Shown here: piece by piece, positions 10,229-21,618 of the stretch
Numbering within the stretch: position 1 is the stretch's first letter
Layout of the letters: the number at the start of each line of letters is the position of its first letter
Assembly: GCA_965220745.1 (NCBI GenBank)
Contig: CBDCQT010000013.1
Coordinates: forward strand, 416,001 to 480,000
Source of the DNA: Alphaproteobacteria bacterium
GTDB lineage: Bacteria > Pseudomonadota > Alphaproteobacteria > UBA828
Length of the DNA stretch: 64,000 bases
Direction: 5' to 3'
The notes under the pieces: generated by a model
What the model was told of the DNA's origin: nothing
What the model saw: the letters and a program-made list of their open reading frames with translations, nothing else
Databases searched by the model: none
Made by a program: the position numbers and the translations under genes

Positions 10229-10714
10229 CTACAGCGTCGCGCTCAGCGCCTTCGCCGCCTCAATCTCTTCGGCGGTCATCAGCGCCGCGACCGACTCGAG
10301 GATCAGCTGGGCGTTCGGGCTCTTCTTCTCGGCTGCCCGGTGAAGCCAGGCGTAGGCGCGCACGAGGTCGCGGGGCACCTCGCTGCCGCGCGCATACATC
10401 GTGCCGAGCAGGATCTGCGCCTCGGTGAGCCCGGCGCTGGCCGCCTGCTCGTACCAGGGCACTGCGTCAGCGGGCTCGCCCTTGATCTGATAGGCCATGC
10501 CGAGCGCGTATGCCGCCTGAAAATTGCCGGCCTCGGCGAGTGGCTGCCATTCGCCGATTGCCGTCTCGTAGTCGCCGGCCGTGTACGCCTGCCAGCCCGC
10601 CTGCATGTCCGCCCGCGCGGGGACGGACGCGTGCACGAACGCCAGCGACAGAAGCAGACCTGCCGCGACCGCCAGCATCCCGCCGGTGCGCCGGCGGTGC
10701 AGCCCGGAAGACAT
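10229..10714 (-). CDS. Secreted Sel1-repeat (TPR-like) protein
   Basis: Signal peptide; AVPWYEQAA.AG and AYAWLHRAA Sel1 motifs. Confidence 0.85.
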   Translation of the reverse strand: MSSGLHRRRTGGMLAVAAGLLLSLAFVHASVPARADMQAGWQAYTAGDYETAIGEWQPLAEAGNFQAAYALGMAYQIKGEPADAVPWYEQAASAGLTEAQILLGTMYARGSEVPRDLVRAYAWLHRAAEKKSPNAQLILESVAALMTAEEIEAAKALSATL

Positions 10715-10731
10715 GCAGAATCCTGCGGGTT

Positions 10732-10899
10732 CTATTTGATCTTCGCTTCCTTGAAGACCACGTGCTTGCGGGCGACGGGGTCGAACTTGCGGAGCGAAAG
10801 CTTCTCGGTCTGAGTGCGCGGGTTCTTGCGTGTCGTGTAGTAGAACCCCGTACCCGCCGAGCTGACGAGCTTGATCAGGATGCTGTTGGCCTTGGCCAT
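10732..10899 (-). CDS. rpmG: 50S ribosomal protein L33
   Basis: Hand-translated 55 aa [55 protein letters not shown]; below the track length cutoff. Confidence 0.97.
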   Translation of the reverse strand: MAKANSILIKLVSSAGTGFYYTTRKNPRTQTEKLSLRKFDPVARKHVVFKEAKIK

Positions 10900-11003
10900 T
10901 GGTTATGCTCGGCTATTTGGTGTCGCGGACGCGGCGACATTACCGCGCGGTTACAAACTGTCAAGCGGCGGAACGAAGAGGCCGCCCCGCCGCCAGATCA
11001 GAA

Positions 11004-11582
11004 TCACTCTGCCGCTTGAGAACCCTCGAGCAGCACGAGGTCGCCGTGCTCGTCGAGGCCGATGCCGTGGCGTCGCCCTTCCTCGATGGTCTCCTCGGGC
11101 CAGTGCACTTTGCCCGGATCGGTGCCGCCGACCACCGCCAGCATGAGCGCCGTTTCGTCGCCCGCGTTGCGGAAGCCCCGGCTTGCGCCGATGGGGACCG
11201 ACACGGTGTCGTAAGGCTCCAGCACCACCTCGTGGCGCTGGCCGTCGCTGTTCTGCCAGTAGATGCCCCACTTGCCGGTCAGCGGAATGAACACCTCGTT
11301 GGTCTCGTGAATGTGCAACGAGGCGCCCTTGCCGGGATCGGCCTTGATCAGGCCGACATTGAAGTCGCGGTTGTCGGTGATCGGGGGCTTGAGCTCTTTG
11401 TCCTCGACCACGCCGCGGCCGATGATGTTGAAGATGTCGCGCTCGTAGCCCGGAATCAGCGCATCGACGAACGCATGGGCGCTCGACTTCAGGTCCTTGT
11501 AGCGGGCGACTCGCTCGCTCTCCATGTACTCGGGGCTGACATCGATCCGTTCCATGGCGAAGCTCCTGCTGCTGTCATGCAC
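11004..11582 (-). CDS. Cupin domain protein
   Basis: LHIHETNEVFIPLTGKW and D.VSVP.G..RGFRN cupin motifs; start may be a later Met. Confidence 0.8.
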   Translation of the reverse strand: MHDSSRSFAMERIDVSPEYMESERVARYKDLKSSAHAFVDALIPGYERDIFNIIGRGVVEDKELKPPITDNRDFNVGLIKADPGKGASLHIHETNEVFIPLTGKWGIYWQNSDGQRHEVVLEPYDTVSVPIGASRGFRNAGDETALMLAVVGGTDPGKVHWPEETIEEGRRHGIGLDEHGDLVLLEGSQAAE

Positions 11583-11654
11583 CTCTAGAGGCCGGCTCGG
11601 CCGGCGTCCCGGCTCCCGTGGCGGGTCGTCGTAAACGGGTGTGTGCCCGCCTCC

Positions 11655-12305
11655 TCAGTAAAGTTCGGTGCGATAGTTCTCCTCGACGAACTCGTCGGTT
11701 TCCTTGACCGTTTCCTCCGAAGGCGGCTCCTCCGGCGGCGCCGTCTGCTCTAGGATGATCCGGCCCAGCGACGGCATTTCGCGGCGGTTCTGCCTGCTCT
11801 CCTCGTCCCAAAGCCGCGAGCGCTTGAACGCCTTGGCGCAGTGCAGGAAGGCTTCCTGGACCTCGACCTTGATGCCGACCTTCGGCTCCTTGCCTTTGAC
11901 CACGGCGGCCTGGGCCAGCGCCTCGTCGCGGATGATCGTCGCCTTGCCGTTCACCCGCAGCGTGTCGTCGAAGCCGGGGACCAGAAACAGCAGGCCGACG
12001 TTCGGGTTCTCGATGATGTTGGTCATCGTATCGAGCCGGTTGTTGCCGGGCCTGTCCGGGATGAAGAGCGTGTTGTCGTCGAGCACCTGAACGAAGCCCG
12101 GCGGGTCGCCGCGCGGCGAGACGTCGGCGCGGCCGCTTTCGCCGCTGGTGCCGATGCAGAGAAACGGCGAGCGGCTGATGAAATCCTTGCAGTGCTTGTC
12201 CAACGAGGGGATGCACTTCTTCACCGAGATTTCCATGGTCTCGCCCATGGTCTCGCGCAGGTCGTCTTCCTGCTCGAAAACGCGTGTCTCTCCGGTGTCG
12301 TCCAT
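11655..12305 (-). CDS. Pyridoxamine 5'-phosphate oxidase-family FMN-binding protein (MSMEG_1061-like)
   Basis: DVSPRGDPPGFV, PDRPGNNRLD, HCAKAFKRSRLW. Confidence 0.88.
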   Translation of the reverse strand: MDDTGETRVFEQEDDLRETMGETMEISVKKCIPSLDKHCKDFISRSPFLCIGTSGESGRADVSPRGDPPGFVQVLDDNTLFIPDRPGNNRLDTMTNIIENPNVGLLFLVPGFDDTLRVNGKATIIRDEALAQAAVVKGKEPKVGIKVEVQEAFLHCAKAFKRSRLWDEESRQNRREMPSLGRIILEQTAPPEEPPSEETVKETDEFVEENYRTELY

Positions 12306-12479
12306 CGCGCCCGGCTCCCAGTCCTTTCGCTATAATCCTCGGAGTCTAGCAAAGTGCGCCCCGTCGGGCCATCGCTCGCTGTCCCGCCGTCCCCGCATGG
12401 CCGCAGCGCGTGACCGCGGCGGCGCCCTGTGGCATCTATCGAGTGTTCGCGCTGTCCATCGATTCGTTAGGACCCTGCC

Positions 12480-15400
12480 ATGAGCCACGCCGATTTCGTC
12501 CACCTCAGGGTCCGCACCGCCTATTCGCTGCTGGAGGGCGCGATCAGGCTCGACGAGCTGGTCGAGACCTGCCGCGACTGGCGGATGCCCGCTTGCGCCA
12601 TCGCCGATCGCGGCAACATGTTCGGCGCCTTGGCCTTCTCGGAGGCTTGCACCGGGGCCGGTGTGCAGCCCATCGTCGGCTGCGACCTCGCGATCGGCAC
12701 GCGCACGGAGCAGCCCGGCCAGCAGGGCCGCGCAGCATCGTGGCTCCTGCTACTCGCCCAGGACGAGACCGGCTATCGAAACCTGACCGCGCTGACCAGC
12801 GACGCCTACCTGCAGGACGGCGCCGGCGGGCAACCTCTCGTCACCCTGGACGAGCTGGCGGCGCGGGCGGAGGGTCTGCTCGCGCTCACGGGCGGCCCCG
12901 CCGGGCCGGTCGGGCGTCTCCTCATCGACGGTCAGGTCAATGCCGCGCGCGCGCTGCTGGTGCAGCTCGGCGAGATCTTTCCCGGCCGGCTCTATGTCGA
13001 GCTCATGCGCCACGGTTTGCCGGAGGAGGAGCAGATCGAGGCGCAGCTGATCGCGCTCGCCGATGAGCTCGACCTGCCGCTGGTCGCGACTAACGACGCC
13101 TATTTCCTGCGTGCGGAGACCTACGAGGCCCATGACGCGCTTCTCTGCATCGCCCAGAACAGCCATGTCGAGGACGAGAACCGGCGCCGGCTCACCCCGC
13201 AGCACCGCTTCCGCCCGGCAGACGAGATGCGAGCGCTCTTCGCCGACCTGCCGGAGGCCGTCGACAACACCCTGGTCGTCGCCCGGCGCTGCGCCGTCAT
13301 GGCACCGACGCGGAAGCCGATCCTGCCGGTCTTCCCCACCGCTGGCGAGGCGAGCGAGGCCGACGCCTTGCGCGCCCAGGCGGAAGAGGGATTGGAGCGC
13401 CGCCTGCAAGCGCAGGTCTACAGCGCGGACATGGACGATGCGGCACGCGAGGCGGCAGCGGCGCCCTATCGCGAGCGCCTCGCCTACGAGCTCGGCGTCA
13501 TCATCGAGATGCAATTCGCGGGCTACTTCCTCATCGTCGCCGACATTGTGCGCTGGGCGCGGGGCGAGGGGATTCCGGTGGGCCCCGGCCGAGGCTCGGG
13601 CGCGGGCTCCGTGGTGGCCTGGTCGCTCACCATCACCGATCTCGACCCGCTCCGCTTCGGCCTTCTGTTCGAGCGTTTTCTCAATCCCGAGCGGGTGTCG
13701 ATGCCGGATTTCGACATCGACTTCTGCCCCGAGCGCCGCGACGAGGTGATCGACTACGTCTGCCGGCGCTACGGCAAGGACCGCGTCGCCCAGATCATCA
13801 CCTTCGGCAAGCTCCAGGCCCGCGCGGTGCTGCGCGATGTCGGCCGCGTGCTCGGCCTCGGCTACGGCCGGGTCGATCGGCTCTGCAAGCTGGTCCCCTA
13901 TAACCCCGCCAACCCGGTGACCCTGCAGCAGGCGCTGGACAACGAACCCCGGCTCAAGGCCGAGCGCGACGACGATGTGACGGTCGCGCGCCTGATCGAG
14001 ATATCGCTCCAGCTCGAAGGGCTGTACCGCCACGCCTCGACTCACGCCGCAGGTATCGTGATTGGCGACCGGCCCCTCAGCGAGCTCGTGCCGCTTTATC
14101 GCGACCCGCGCTCGGAGATGCCGGCGACCCAGTTCTCGATGAAGTACGCCGAGATGTCCGGGCTGGTGAAGTTCGACCTGCTGGGTCTCAAGACCCTCAC
14201 GGTGCTCGATCATGCGAGCGCAATGCTGCACGAGGCCGACGTCGAGATCGATATCGATGCGCTCCCGCTCGACGATCAGAAGACCTACAAGATGCTGGGC
14301 AGCGGCGCCGCAATGGGGGTGTTCCAGCTGGAGAGCGCGGGCATGCGGGACGCGCTGCGCAGCCTCAAGCCGGACTGCATCGAGGACATCATCGCCCTCG
14401 TCGCGCTCTACCGCCCAGGCCCGATGGACAACATTCCCCGCTACATCGCCTGCAAGCACGGCAAGGAGAAGCCGGACTATCTGCACCCGATGCTGACCGG
14501 CCTCCTGGAGGAGACCTTTGGCGTCATCATCTACCAGGAGCAGGTGATGGAGATCGCCAAAGTTCTCGCCGGCTATAGCCTGGGCTCCGCCGACCTGCTG
14601 CGCCGCGCCATGGGCAAGAAGATCAAGGCGGAGATGGATGCCCAGCGGGAGACCTTCGTGAATGGCGCGCTCGCCAACGACGTCGCCCGCAATGATGCGA
14701 CCCGCATCTTCGAGCTGGTGGCGAAGTTCGCCGGCTACGGCTTCAACAAGTCCCACGCCGCGGCCTACGCGCTGGTCGCCTACCAGACCGCGTACCTCAA
14801 GGCCAACCACCCGGTCGAATTCATGGCGGCTTCCATGAGCCTGGAGATCAACAACACCGACCGGCTGGAATTGTTCCGCCGGGAGCTGGAGCGGCTCGGG
14901 ATTCCCCTGCTGCCGCCCGACATCAACGCCTCGCGGGCGACCTTCTCGGTCGAGGGCCAGGCCGATGGCACCAAGGCAATCCGCTATGCGCTTGGCGCGA
15001 TCAGGAACGTCGGCGTGCAGGCGATGACGGCACTCGCAGAAGAGCGCGAGGCGAATGGGCCGTTTGCCGATCCCTTCGATTTCGCCGGCCGGGTCGATCC
15101 GCATCAGATTAACCGCCGCCAGATCGAGAATCTGGCGAAGGCCGGCGCCTTCGACAGCCTCACGCCGAACCGCAAGCAGATGGCGGAGGGCGCCGAGGTG
15201 CTTCTCGCCTATTCGGGACAGGCCAAGCTTTCGCGCTCCCAGGCCTCGCTCTTCGACGAGTCCGACGCGTCGCTCGCGCCGAGGCCGCGCCTGCCGGAGC
15301 AGGAGGACTGGGACCAGAACGAGAAGCTGGCGGCGGAGCACGAGGCGGTCGGCTTCTATCTCTCCGCCCATCCCCTCGATTCCTACGAGGACGCGCTGAA

Positions 15401-15953
15401 GGGCCTCTCGGTCACGCCTGCCGCCGAGGTGGCGCAGCAGGTGGCGCGAGGCATCACGCGCTTCCGCTTGGCTGGGATGGTGCTGAACGTCAGGGAGCGC
15501 GGGCCGGGCTCGCGGCGCTACGCCTTCATCCAGCTTTCCGACCCGAGCGGCAGCTTCGAGGTGGCGGCTTTCCGCGAGACCTACGGCGAGGGCCGCGACG
15601 TGCTGGAGCCCGGCAAGCCGGTTCTGGTGACCGCGCAGGCCCGCATCGAGGGCGAGGAGGTCAAGCTCTCCGCTCAGAGCTTCGACGACCTGGACGCCCG
15701 GCTCGCGCGCAATCTCACCGGCCTCGCGGTGCATGTGAACGACCCGGATGCGGTGACGCCGCTCGGTGACCTTCTTGCAAGCCAGCGGCAGGGCAGCGGC
15801 CGCATCGTGCTCTTCGTCGAGACCGGCGGCGAGGGCACGGTCGAGATCGAGCTGCCCACGGCGTATCCGCTGAGCCCCGCTCTCAGGAACGAGATCGGCG
15901 CGCTCGCCGGAGTCACGACCGTCCAGGAACTTTCGGCGGCACGGGCCGGCTAA
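12480..15953 (+). CDS. dnaE: DNA polymerase III alpha subunit
   Basis: PHP domain FVHL..YSLLEG, GPGRGSGAGS, PDFDIDF, YGFNKSH, OB fold. Confidence 0.98.
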   Translation: MSHADFVHLRVRTAYSLLEGAIRLDELVETCRDWRMPACAIADRGNMFGALAFSEACTGAGVQPIVGCDLAIGTRTEQPGQQGRAASWLLLLAQDETGYRNLTALTSDAYLQDGAGGQPLVTLDELAARAEGLLALTGGPAGPVGRLLIDGQVNAARALLVQLGEIFPGRLYVELMRHGLPEEEQIEAQLIALADELDLPLVATNDAYFLRAETYEAHDALLCIAQNSHVEDENRRRLTPQHRFRPADEMRALFADLPEAVDNTLVVARRCAVMAPTRKPILPVFPTAGEASEADALRAQAEEGLERRLQAQVYSADMDDAAREAAAAPYRERLAYELGVIIEMQFAGYFLIVADIVRWARGEGIPVGPGRGSGAGSVVAWSLTITDLDPLRFGLLFERFLNPERVSMPDFDIDFCPERRDEVIDYVCRRYGKDRVAQIITFGKLQARAVLRDVGRVLGLGYGRVDRLCKLVPYNPANPVTLQQALDNEPRLKAERDDDVTVARLIEISLQLEGLYRHASTHAAGIVIGDRPLSELVPLYRDPRSEMPATQFSMKYAEMSGLVKFDLLGLKTLTVLDHASAMLHEADVEIDIDALPLDDQKTYKMLGSGAAMGVFQLESAGMRDALRSLKPDCIEDIIALVALYRPGPMDNIPRYIACKHGKEKPDYLHPMLTGLLEETFGVIIYQEQVMEIAKVLAGYSLGSADLLRRAMGKKIKAEMDAQRETFVNGALANDVARNDATRIFELVAKFAGYGFNKSHAAAYALVAYQTAYLKANHPVEFMAASMSLEINNTDRLELFRRELERLGIPLLPPDINASRATFSVEGQADGTKAIRYALGAIRNVGVQAMTALAEEREANGPFADPFDFAGRVDPHQINRRQIENLAKAGAFDSLTPNRKQMAEGAEVLLAYSGQAKLSRSQASLFDESDASLAPRPRLPEQEDWDQNEKLAAEHEAVGFYLSAHPLDSYEDALKGLSVTPAAEVAQQVARGITRFRLAGMVLNVRERGPGSRRYAFIQLSDPSGSFEVAAFRETYGEGRDVLEPGKPVLVTAQARIEGEEVKLSAQSFDDLDARLARNLTGLAVHVNDPDAVTPLGDLLASQRQGSGRIVLFVETGGEGTVEIELPTAYPLSPALRNEIGALAGVTTVQELSAARAG

Positions 15954-16120
15954 AGACCGGTTCAGGCCTTGCGCGCCCGGGGCGCCGGCGCTATCAAGCG
16001 CCCACCTGCGTAGAGCAGGAATTCACACGCGGAAGACGGCACCCCGGAGGGCGTGCCGATCCGGTGCCCGGCCCAGCCGGGGCATGATCCGCGGAGGAGG
16101 AACCGGAGAAAGGACGGCCA

Positions 16121-17101
16121 ATGGCTTTGCCAGAATTCACCATGCGCCAGCTTCTAGAAGCCGGCGTGCATTTCGGGCACCAGACCAGGCGTTGGAACCC
16201 GAAGATGCGCCCCTATCTGTTCGGCGCGCGCAACGGCGTTCACGTCATCGATCTCGAACAGACCGTGCCGCTGCTTCATCAGGCGCTGGTTTCCCTGCGC
16301 GACGTGGCCGCCGGCGGCGGGCGCATCCTCTTCGTCGGCACCAAGCGGCAGGCGTCTCGGCCGATCGCGGAGACCGCCAAGCGTTGCGGCCAGTACTACG
16401 TCAACCACCGCTGGCTGGGCGGCATGCTGACCAACTGGAAGGCGATCTCGGGCTCGATCAAGACCCTCGCCGACCTCGAAGCGACGCTTGCCGACGAGTC
16501 CGCAGGCCTGACCAAAAAGGAAATGCTGCAGCTGGTCCGGCGCCGCAACAAGCTCGACCTCGCACTCGGCGGCATCCGCGACATGGGCGGCGTGCCGGAC
16601 ATGCTCGTGGTCATCGACACCAACAAGGAAGACATCGCGATCCTGGAGGCGCGCAAGCTGGGCATCCCGGTGGTCGCGATCATCGACAGCAATTGCGATC
16701 CCGACCTCATCACCCACCCGGTTCCCGGTAACGACGACGCGATCCGCGCGATCAACCTCTATTGCGACCTGTTCGCCCGCGCGGTCATCGACGGCTTGCA
16801 GGAGGAGCTTGCCGCTTCCGGCGCCGACATCGGCGCTGCCGAGGAAGGGCTGGCCGAGGACCTGCCGCCGGCCGATGCCGAGGCAACCGCCGACGCTCCC
16901 GCCGAAGCGGCTGCGGAGGCCGAGAAGTCACCGGCCGATGGCGATGCGGCGCCGGAAGCCCCTGCGGAGGCCGCCGCGACACCGGAGGCGGCCGAGGCAT
17001 CGGACGCGCCGGCTGCGCCGGAAGCTCCGGAAGCGGCTCAGGCGGCCGAAGCGAACGCAGCGCCGGAAGGCGGAGAGGCAGAGCAGGCGGCAGGCGCGTG
17101 A
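16121..17101 (+). CDS. rpsB: 30S ribosomal protein S2 with long Ala/Glu/Pro tail
   Basis: [27 protein letters not shown]. Confidence 0.98.
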   Translation: MALPEFTMRQLLEAGVHFGHQTRRWNPKMRPYLFGARNGVHVIDLEQTVPLLHQALVSLRDVAAGGGRILFVGTKRQASRPIAETAKRCGQYYVNHRWLGGMLTNWKAISGSIKTLADLEATLADESAGLTKKEMLQLVRRRNKLDLALGGIRDMGGVPDMLVVIDTNKEDIAILEARKLGIPVVAIIDSNCDPDLITHPVPGNDDAIRAINLYCDLFARAVIDGLQEELAASGADIGAAEEGLAEDLPPADAEATADAPAEAAAEAEKSPADGDAAPEAPAEAAATPEAAEASDAPAAPEAPEAAQAAEANAAPEGGEAEQAAGA

Positions 17102-17130
17102 TCGCACCGCGCATTCAGGAGTAGCGAACG

Positions 17131-18057
17131 ATGGCTCAGATCACGGCCGCGCTGGTCAAGCAACTGCGCGACAAGACCGGCGCCGGCATGATGGATTGTA
17201 AGAAGGCGCTGACCGAGACCGACGGCGAGTTGGAAGCGGCGGTCGATTGGCTGCGCAAGAGCGGCCTCGCCCAAGCCCAGCGCAAGGCCGGCCGCACCGC
17301 AGCCGAAGGGCTGATCGGGCTGGCGACGGCGCCGGGCAGGGCGGCGATGGTCGAGATCAACGCCGAGACCGACTTCGTCGCGCGCAACGGTGACTTTCAG
17401 GCGGTGGTGCGCGAGGTCGCGACATTGGCGCTGGATTGCGAGGGCGATGTCGAGCGCTTGTCTGCCGCGTCCTATCCGGGGACCGGCCGCACGGTCGCCG
17501 AGGAAATCACCAATCTCGTCGCCACCATCGGCGAGAACATTCAGCTGCGGCGGACAGCGGTCCTCTCCACGCCCTCGGGCGCGGTCGGCGACTACATCCA
17601 CATGCCGGCAACGCCGGGGCTCGGCCGGCTCGGCGTGATCGTCGCGGTCGAATCGGACGCGTCCGCCGACAGCCTTGCTCGTCCTGCCCATGAGTTCGCC
17701 ATGCACATCGCGGCCGCCAGCCCGCACGCGGTCTCGCGCGACTCCCTCGATCAGGCGATGGTCGAGCGCGAGCGCGCGGTGCTCGCGGAGCAGGCCCGCG
17801 CCGAGGGCAAGCCCGAGAAGATCATCGAGAAGATGATCGAGGGCAGGCTGCGCAAGTTCTTCGAGGAGGTCGTGCTGCTCGAGCAGACCTGGATCCTCGA
17901 TGGCGAGAGCCGGGTTAAGGCGGTGCTGGAGCGGCTTACCGCCGATCTCGGCACCTCGGTCTCCGTGAGCGGCTTCGTCCGCTACCAGCTGGGCGAGGGG
18001 ATCGAGCGGGAAAGCAAGGACTTCGCCGCCGAGGTCGCCGAGCAGCTCGGTTCTTGA
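17131..18057 (+). CDS. tsf: Elongation factor Ts
   Basis: [22 protein letters not shown]. Confidence 0.98.
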   Translation: MAQITAALVKQLRDKTGAGMMDCKKALTETDGELEAAVDWLRKSGLAQAQRKAGRTAAEGLIGLATAPGRAAMVEINAETDFVARNGDFQAVVREVATLALDCEGDVERLSAASYPGTGRTVAEEITNLVATIGENIQLRRTAVLSTPSGAVGDYIHMPATPGLGRLGVIVAVESDASADSLARPAHEFAMHIAAASPHAVSRDSLDQAMVERERAVLAEQARAEGKPEKIIEKMIEGRLRKFFEEVVLLEQTWILDGESRVKAVLERLTADLGTSVSVSGFVRYQLGEGIERESKDFAAEVAEQLGS

Positions 18058-18085
18058 GTATCAGCCTTCAGCCCCGGAGCCGGCG

Positions 18086-18805
18086 ATGACCGCTTCTCCC
18101 CGCTTCAAGCGCATCCTCCTGAAGATATCCGGCGAGGCGCTGCGGGGAAACGAGCCTTACGGCATCAATGGCGACGCGGTGGACCGCCTCGCGGGCGAGA
18201 TCGCCGAGGTCCATGAGAGGGGCGTCGAGGTCTGCGCCGTGGTCGGCGGCGGCAACATCTTTCGCGGCTCCTCCCACGAGGCCGCCGGCATGGAACGCGC
18301 CACCGCCGATTACATCGGCATGCTGGCCACGGTGATGAATGCGGTCGCCATGCAGCACGCGCTGGAGCGTATGGGCAAGGCCACCCGGGTGCTCTCTGCG
18401 CTCCCCATCGCGCCGGTCTGCGAGCCCTACATTCGCCGGCGCGGGCAGCGCCATCTGGAGAAGGGGCGGATCGTGCTCTTCGCCGGCGGCACCGGCAATC
18501 CCTTCTTCACTACCGATACGGCAGCGGCGCTGCGGGCGGCGGAGATGGGCTGCGACGCCCTGCTCAAAGGCACCAAGGTCGACGGAGTCTACGCCGCCGA
18601 TCCCGAGGTCGACGCTGCCGCGACGCGCTTCGAGCGGCTCTCCTACATGGACGTGCTCTCCAAGGACCTGAAGGCCATGGACGCGTCGGCGATCTCGCTG
18701 GCGCGGGAAAACGACATTCCGATTGTGGTATTCTCCATTCAGAAGAAGGGCGGGCTCGCCGCCGTACTGGACGGGAACGGACCCTTCACCGTCATCTCTG
18801 ACTAG
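18086..18805 (+). CDS. pyrH: UMP kinase
   Basis: [26 protein letters not shown]. Confidence 0.97.
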   Translation: MTASPRFKRILLKISGEALRGNEPYGINGDAVDRLAGEIAEVHERGVEVCAVVGGGNIFRGSSHEAAGMERATADYIGMLATVMNAVAMQHALERMGKATRVLSALPIAPVCEPYIRRRGQRHLEKGRIVLFAGGTGNPFFTTDTAAALRAAEMGCDALLKGTKVDGVYAADPEVDAAATRFERLSYMDVLSKDLKAMDASAISLARENDIPIVVFSIQKKGGLAAVLDGNGPFTVISD

Positions 18806-18815
18806 GGCTGCCGCG

Positions 18816-19373
18816 ATGGCCGATCCTGATCTCGACGACCTGGAACGCCGGATGAACGGCGCCGTCGAGGCGCTCCGGAAGGAGTTGGGCGGTCTCCGCA
18901 CCGGGCGGGCGTCCTTGAGCCTGCTGGAGCCCATCGTGGTCGAGGCCTACGAGACGGAGATGCCCCTCAACCAGGTCGCGACCATCAACGTCCCCGAGCC
19001 GCGCATGCTCTCGGTCCAGGTCTGGGACAAGACGCAGGTGAAGGCGGTGGAGAAGGCAATCCGCTCCTCCGATCTCGGGCTCAATCCCATCGTCGACGGC
19101 CAGTCTCTCCGCATCCCGATCCCGGAGCTGAACGAGGAACGCCGCCACGAACTCGCCAAAGTTGCCGGCAAGTATGCGGAGCAAGCCAAGGTGGCGGTGC
19201 GCAACGTCCGGCGCGACGGCATGGACCAGCTCAAGAAGATGGAGCGCGCGGGCGAGCTCGGTGAGGACGAATCGCGGCTGTGGGCGGGCGAAATTCAGGA
19301 GATGACCGACGGGTTCGTCAAGAAGATGACCGAGATGTTCGAGGCCAAGGAACAGGAGATTTTGCAGGTCTGA
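18816..19373 (+). CDS. frr: Ribosome recycling factor
   Basis: [23 protein letters not shown]; start at ATG 18816. Confidence 0.97.
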   Translation: MADPDLDDLERRMNGAVEALRKELGGLRTGRASLSLLEPIVVEAYETEMPLNQVATINVPEPRMLSVQVWDKTQVKAVEKAIRSSDLGLNPIVDGQSLRIPIPELNEERRHELAKVAGKYAEQAKVAVRNVRRDGMDQLKKMERAGELGEDESRLWAGEIQEMTDGFVKKMTEMFEAKEQEILQV

Positions 19374-19375
19374 AC

Positions 19376-20110
19376 ATGGCGCTCGCGCGATCATTCGCCG
19401 ACCGGCAGGATTCCGGCCTGCACGTCGGCATCATTCTGGACGGAAACGGACGCTGGGCACGGGCGCGGGGTTTGCCGAGAGCGGCGGGGCACCGGCGCGG
19501 CGCCGAGGTCGTGAAGAGAATTTTGCGGGGTTGCCCCGACCGGGGCATCCGCTACCTCACCATCTACGCGTTCTCGTCGGAAAACTGGAAGCGGCCCGAG
19601 GGCGAGGTTGCGGACCTCATGGGGCTGCTGCGGCTCTACCTGCGCCGCGAGGTCGCCGATCTGCATACGAATGGGGTCCAGATCGCCTTCATCGGCGACC
19701 GCTCGCGGCTGAGCAGGGAGATCAACGCCCTCATCGACGAGGCCGAGGAAAGCACCCGGCACAACGCCACGATTACCCTCACCGTCGCCGTCAACTACGG
19801 CGGGCGGCAGGAGATCGTGGATTCGGTGCGCCGGATCGCCGAGCAGGTCCGCGACGGGGCGCTCGATACCGACCAGATTTCCGAGGAGACGGTTCAGCGC
19901 CACCTCCAGACCCGCGACCTGCCGGACCTCGATCTGGTGATCCGCACCAGTGGCGAGCAGCGCCTCAGCAACTTCCTGCTGTGGCAGTCGGCCTATACCG
20001 AGCTCGTGTTCGTGCCGACGCTCTGGCCCGACTTCACCCTGGAGCACCTCGATCAGGCGATCGGCGAGTTCCAGAGCCGCGAGCGGCGCTACGGCGGCGC
20101 CCGGAGCTAG
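19376..20110 (+). CDS. uppS: Undecaprenyl diphosphate synthase
   Basis: IILDGNGRWA, AFSSENWKRP, RTSGEQRLSNFLLWQ. Confidence 0.96.
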   Translation: MALARSFADRQDSGLHVGIILDGNGRWARARGLPRAAGHRRGAEVVKRILRGCPDRGIRYLTIYAFSSENWKRPEGEVADLMGLLRLYLRREVADLHTNGVQIAFIGDRSRLSREINALIDEAEESTRHNATITLTVAVNYGGRQEIVDSVRRIAEQVRDGALDTDQISEETVQRHLQTRDLPDLDLVIRTSGEQRLSNFLLWQSAYTELVFVPTLWPDFTLEHLDQAIGEFQSRERRYGGARS

Positions 20111-20150
20111 TCGGCGGGCCGGGGCAGCGGGGCAGGGCCGGGAGAAGAGA

Positions 20151-21572
20151 ATGACCTTGTCCGCGCGAGAGCTCTGCACCCTGACCGCCACCGAGGCGAT
20201 TGCCGCGTTCAAGGCCGGGACGCTCTCGCCGGTCGCGCTCATGGAAGCGACGCTGGCGCGGATCGAGGCCGTCAACCCCGCGCTCAATGCCTTCACCGAG
20301 GTCCATGCCGAGCGCGCGCTCGACCAAGCCCGCGCGGCGGAGGCCGCCTACGCGCGCGGGGAGGTGCGACCGCTGGAGGGGATACCGGTCGCGATCAAGG
20401 ACTTTCACCCGGTCGCCGGCGAGCTCACCACCTTCGGCTCCAAGGCGTTCGCCGACCACAGGCCCGAGCGCTCCGCGCCGACCGTTTCCCGCCTGCTCGA
20501 CGCCGGCGGCATCATGCACGCGCGCACGACCACGCCGGAATTCGCCTACGCGCCGATCACCGCGAGCCCGCTCTGGGGCGTCACCCGCAACCCCTGGAGC
20601 CTGGAGCACGCCCCCGGCGGCTCGTCGGGCGGCGCCGGCGCCGCGCTCGCCGCCGGCATGACGATGCTGGCGGATGGCACCGATGCGGGCGGCTCCGTCC
20701 GCATCCCGGCCGCCGCCTGCCATATCGTCGGCTACAAGCCGCCGTTCGGACGCAATCCGCTGGACCGGGATCATCCCATCGAATCGCTGCTCCACTACGG
20801 GCCGATGACGCGGAGCGTCGGCGACGCCGCGCTGATGCAGAACGTGATGTCGGGCGCCCACGGCGACGACATGTGCTCGCTCAAGGAGCGCATCGTTCTG
20901 CCCGAGAGCTATGCGCCGATCGAGGGCTGGACCGTCGGCTTCTCCATGGACCTCGGCATGTTCGAGATCGATCCCGAGGTGGCCCGCAACACGGAGGCCG
21001 CGGTGGAGGTGTTTCGTCGCCTCGGCTGCACCATCCGCGAGGTGACGCCGGACTGGGGCGGGTTCGACCTGCCCCATCCCTACCTCCGCTATTGGGAGGG
21101 CATGGCGGCGTCGAGTCTCGGCGGCATGGTCGACGAGTGGCGCGACGATATGGACCCCTACATGGTCGGCATCATCGAGAACGGCCGCGCGCACTCGGCG
21201 GAGACGATCTACCGCTGCAACATCGTGCGCGGTGCGATGTTCCGCTCGCTGGCGCCGATCCTGGAGGACTGCAACATCCTGGTCTGCCCGTCGCTCGCCG
21301 TGCCGACGGTGGCGGCGGCGCACGATTGCGGCGACGAGGATTTCCGGGTCAACGGCAAGCCGGTTCACGCCTATCTGGGCTGGAACCTCTGCTACCCCTT
21401 CAACATGGTGAGCCAATGCCCGGTGATCGCGGTGCCGAGCGGGCTCAGCTCTGACGGCCTGCCCACCGGCATTCAGATCGTCGGGCGGACCTACGACGAC
21501 CCGAGCGTCTTCCAGGCCGCGGCGGCCTACGAGGCGGCCAATCCGTGGCGGGACGTGCTCCCGCCAATCTGA
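20151..21572 (+). CDS. Amidase (amidase-signature family)
   Basis: PVAIKD, PGGSSGG, GTDAGGSVRIPA (Ser-cisSer-Lys triad present); start ATG 20151 after GGAGAAG. Confidence 0.9.
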   Translation: MTLSARELCTLTATEAIAAFKAGTLSPVALMEATLARIEAVNPALNAFTEVHAERALDQARAAEAAYARGEVRPLEGIPVAIKDFHPVAGELTTFGSKAFADHRPERSAPTVSRLLDAGGIMHARTTTPEFAYAPITASPLWGVTRNPWSLEHAPGGSSGGAGAALAAGMTMLADGTDAGGSVRIPAAACHIVGYKPPFGRNPLDRDHPIESLLHYGPMTRSVGDAALMQNVMSGAHGDDMCSLKERIVLPESYAPIEGWTVGFSMDLGMFEIDPEVARNTEAAVEVFRRLGCTIREVTPDWGGFDLPHPYLRYWEGMAASSLGGMVDEWRDDMDPYMVGIIENGRAHSAETIYRCNIVRGAMFRSLAPILEDCNILVCPSLAVPTVAAAHDCGDEDFRVNGKPVHAYLGWNLCYPFNMVSQCPVIAVPSGLSSDGLPTGIQIVGRTYDDPSVFQAAAAYEAANPWRDVLPPI

Positions 21573-21618
21573 CCAGCCGCAGCTATCGCGCCGCGACTAT
21601 CGAAGCAGAGACCGAGCC

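Noticed and set aside
12480-15953. Intein or dnaE2 mutasome
   Set aside because: Normal length, no intein motifs, no imuAB; context fits the replicative dnaE
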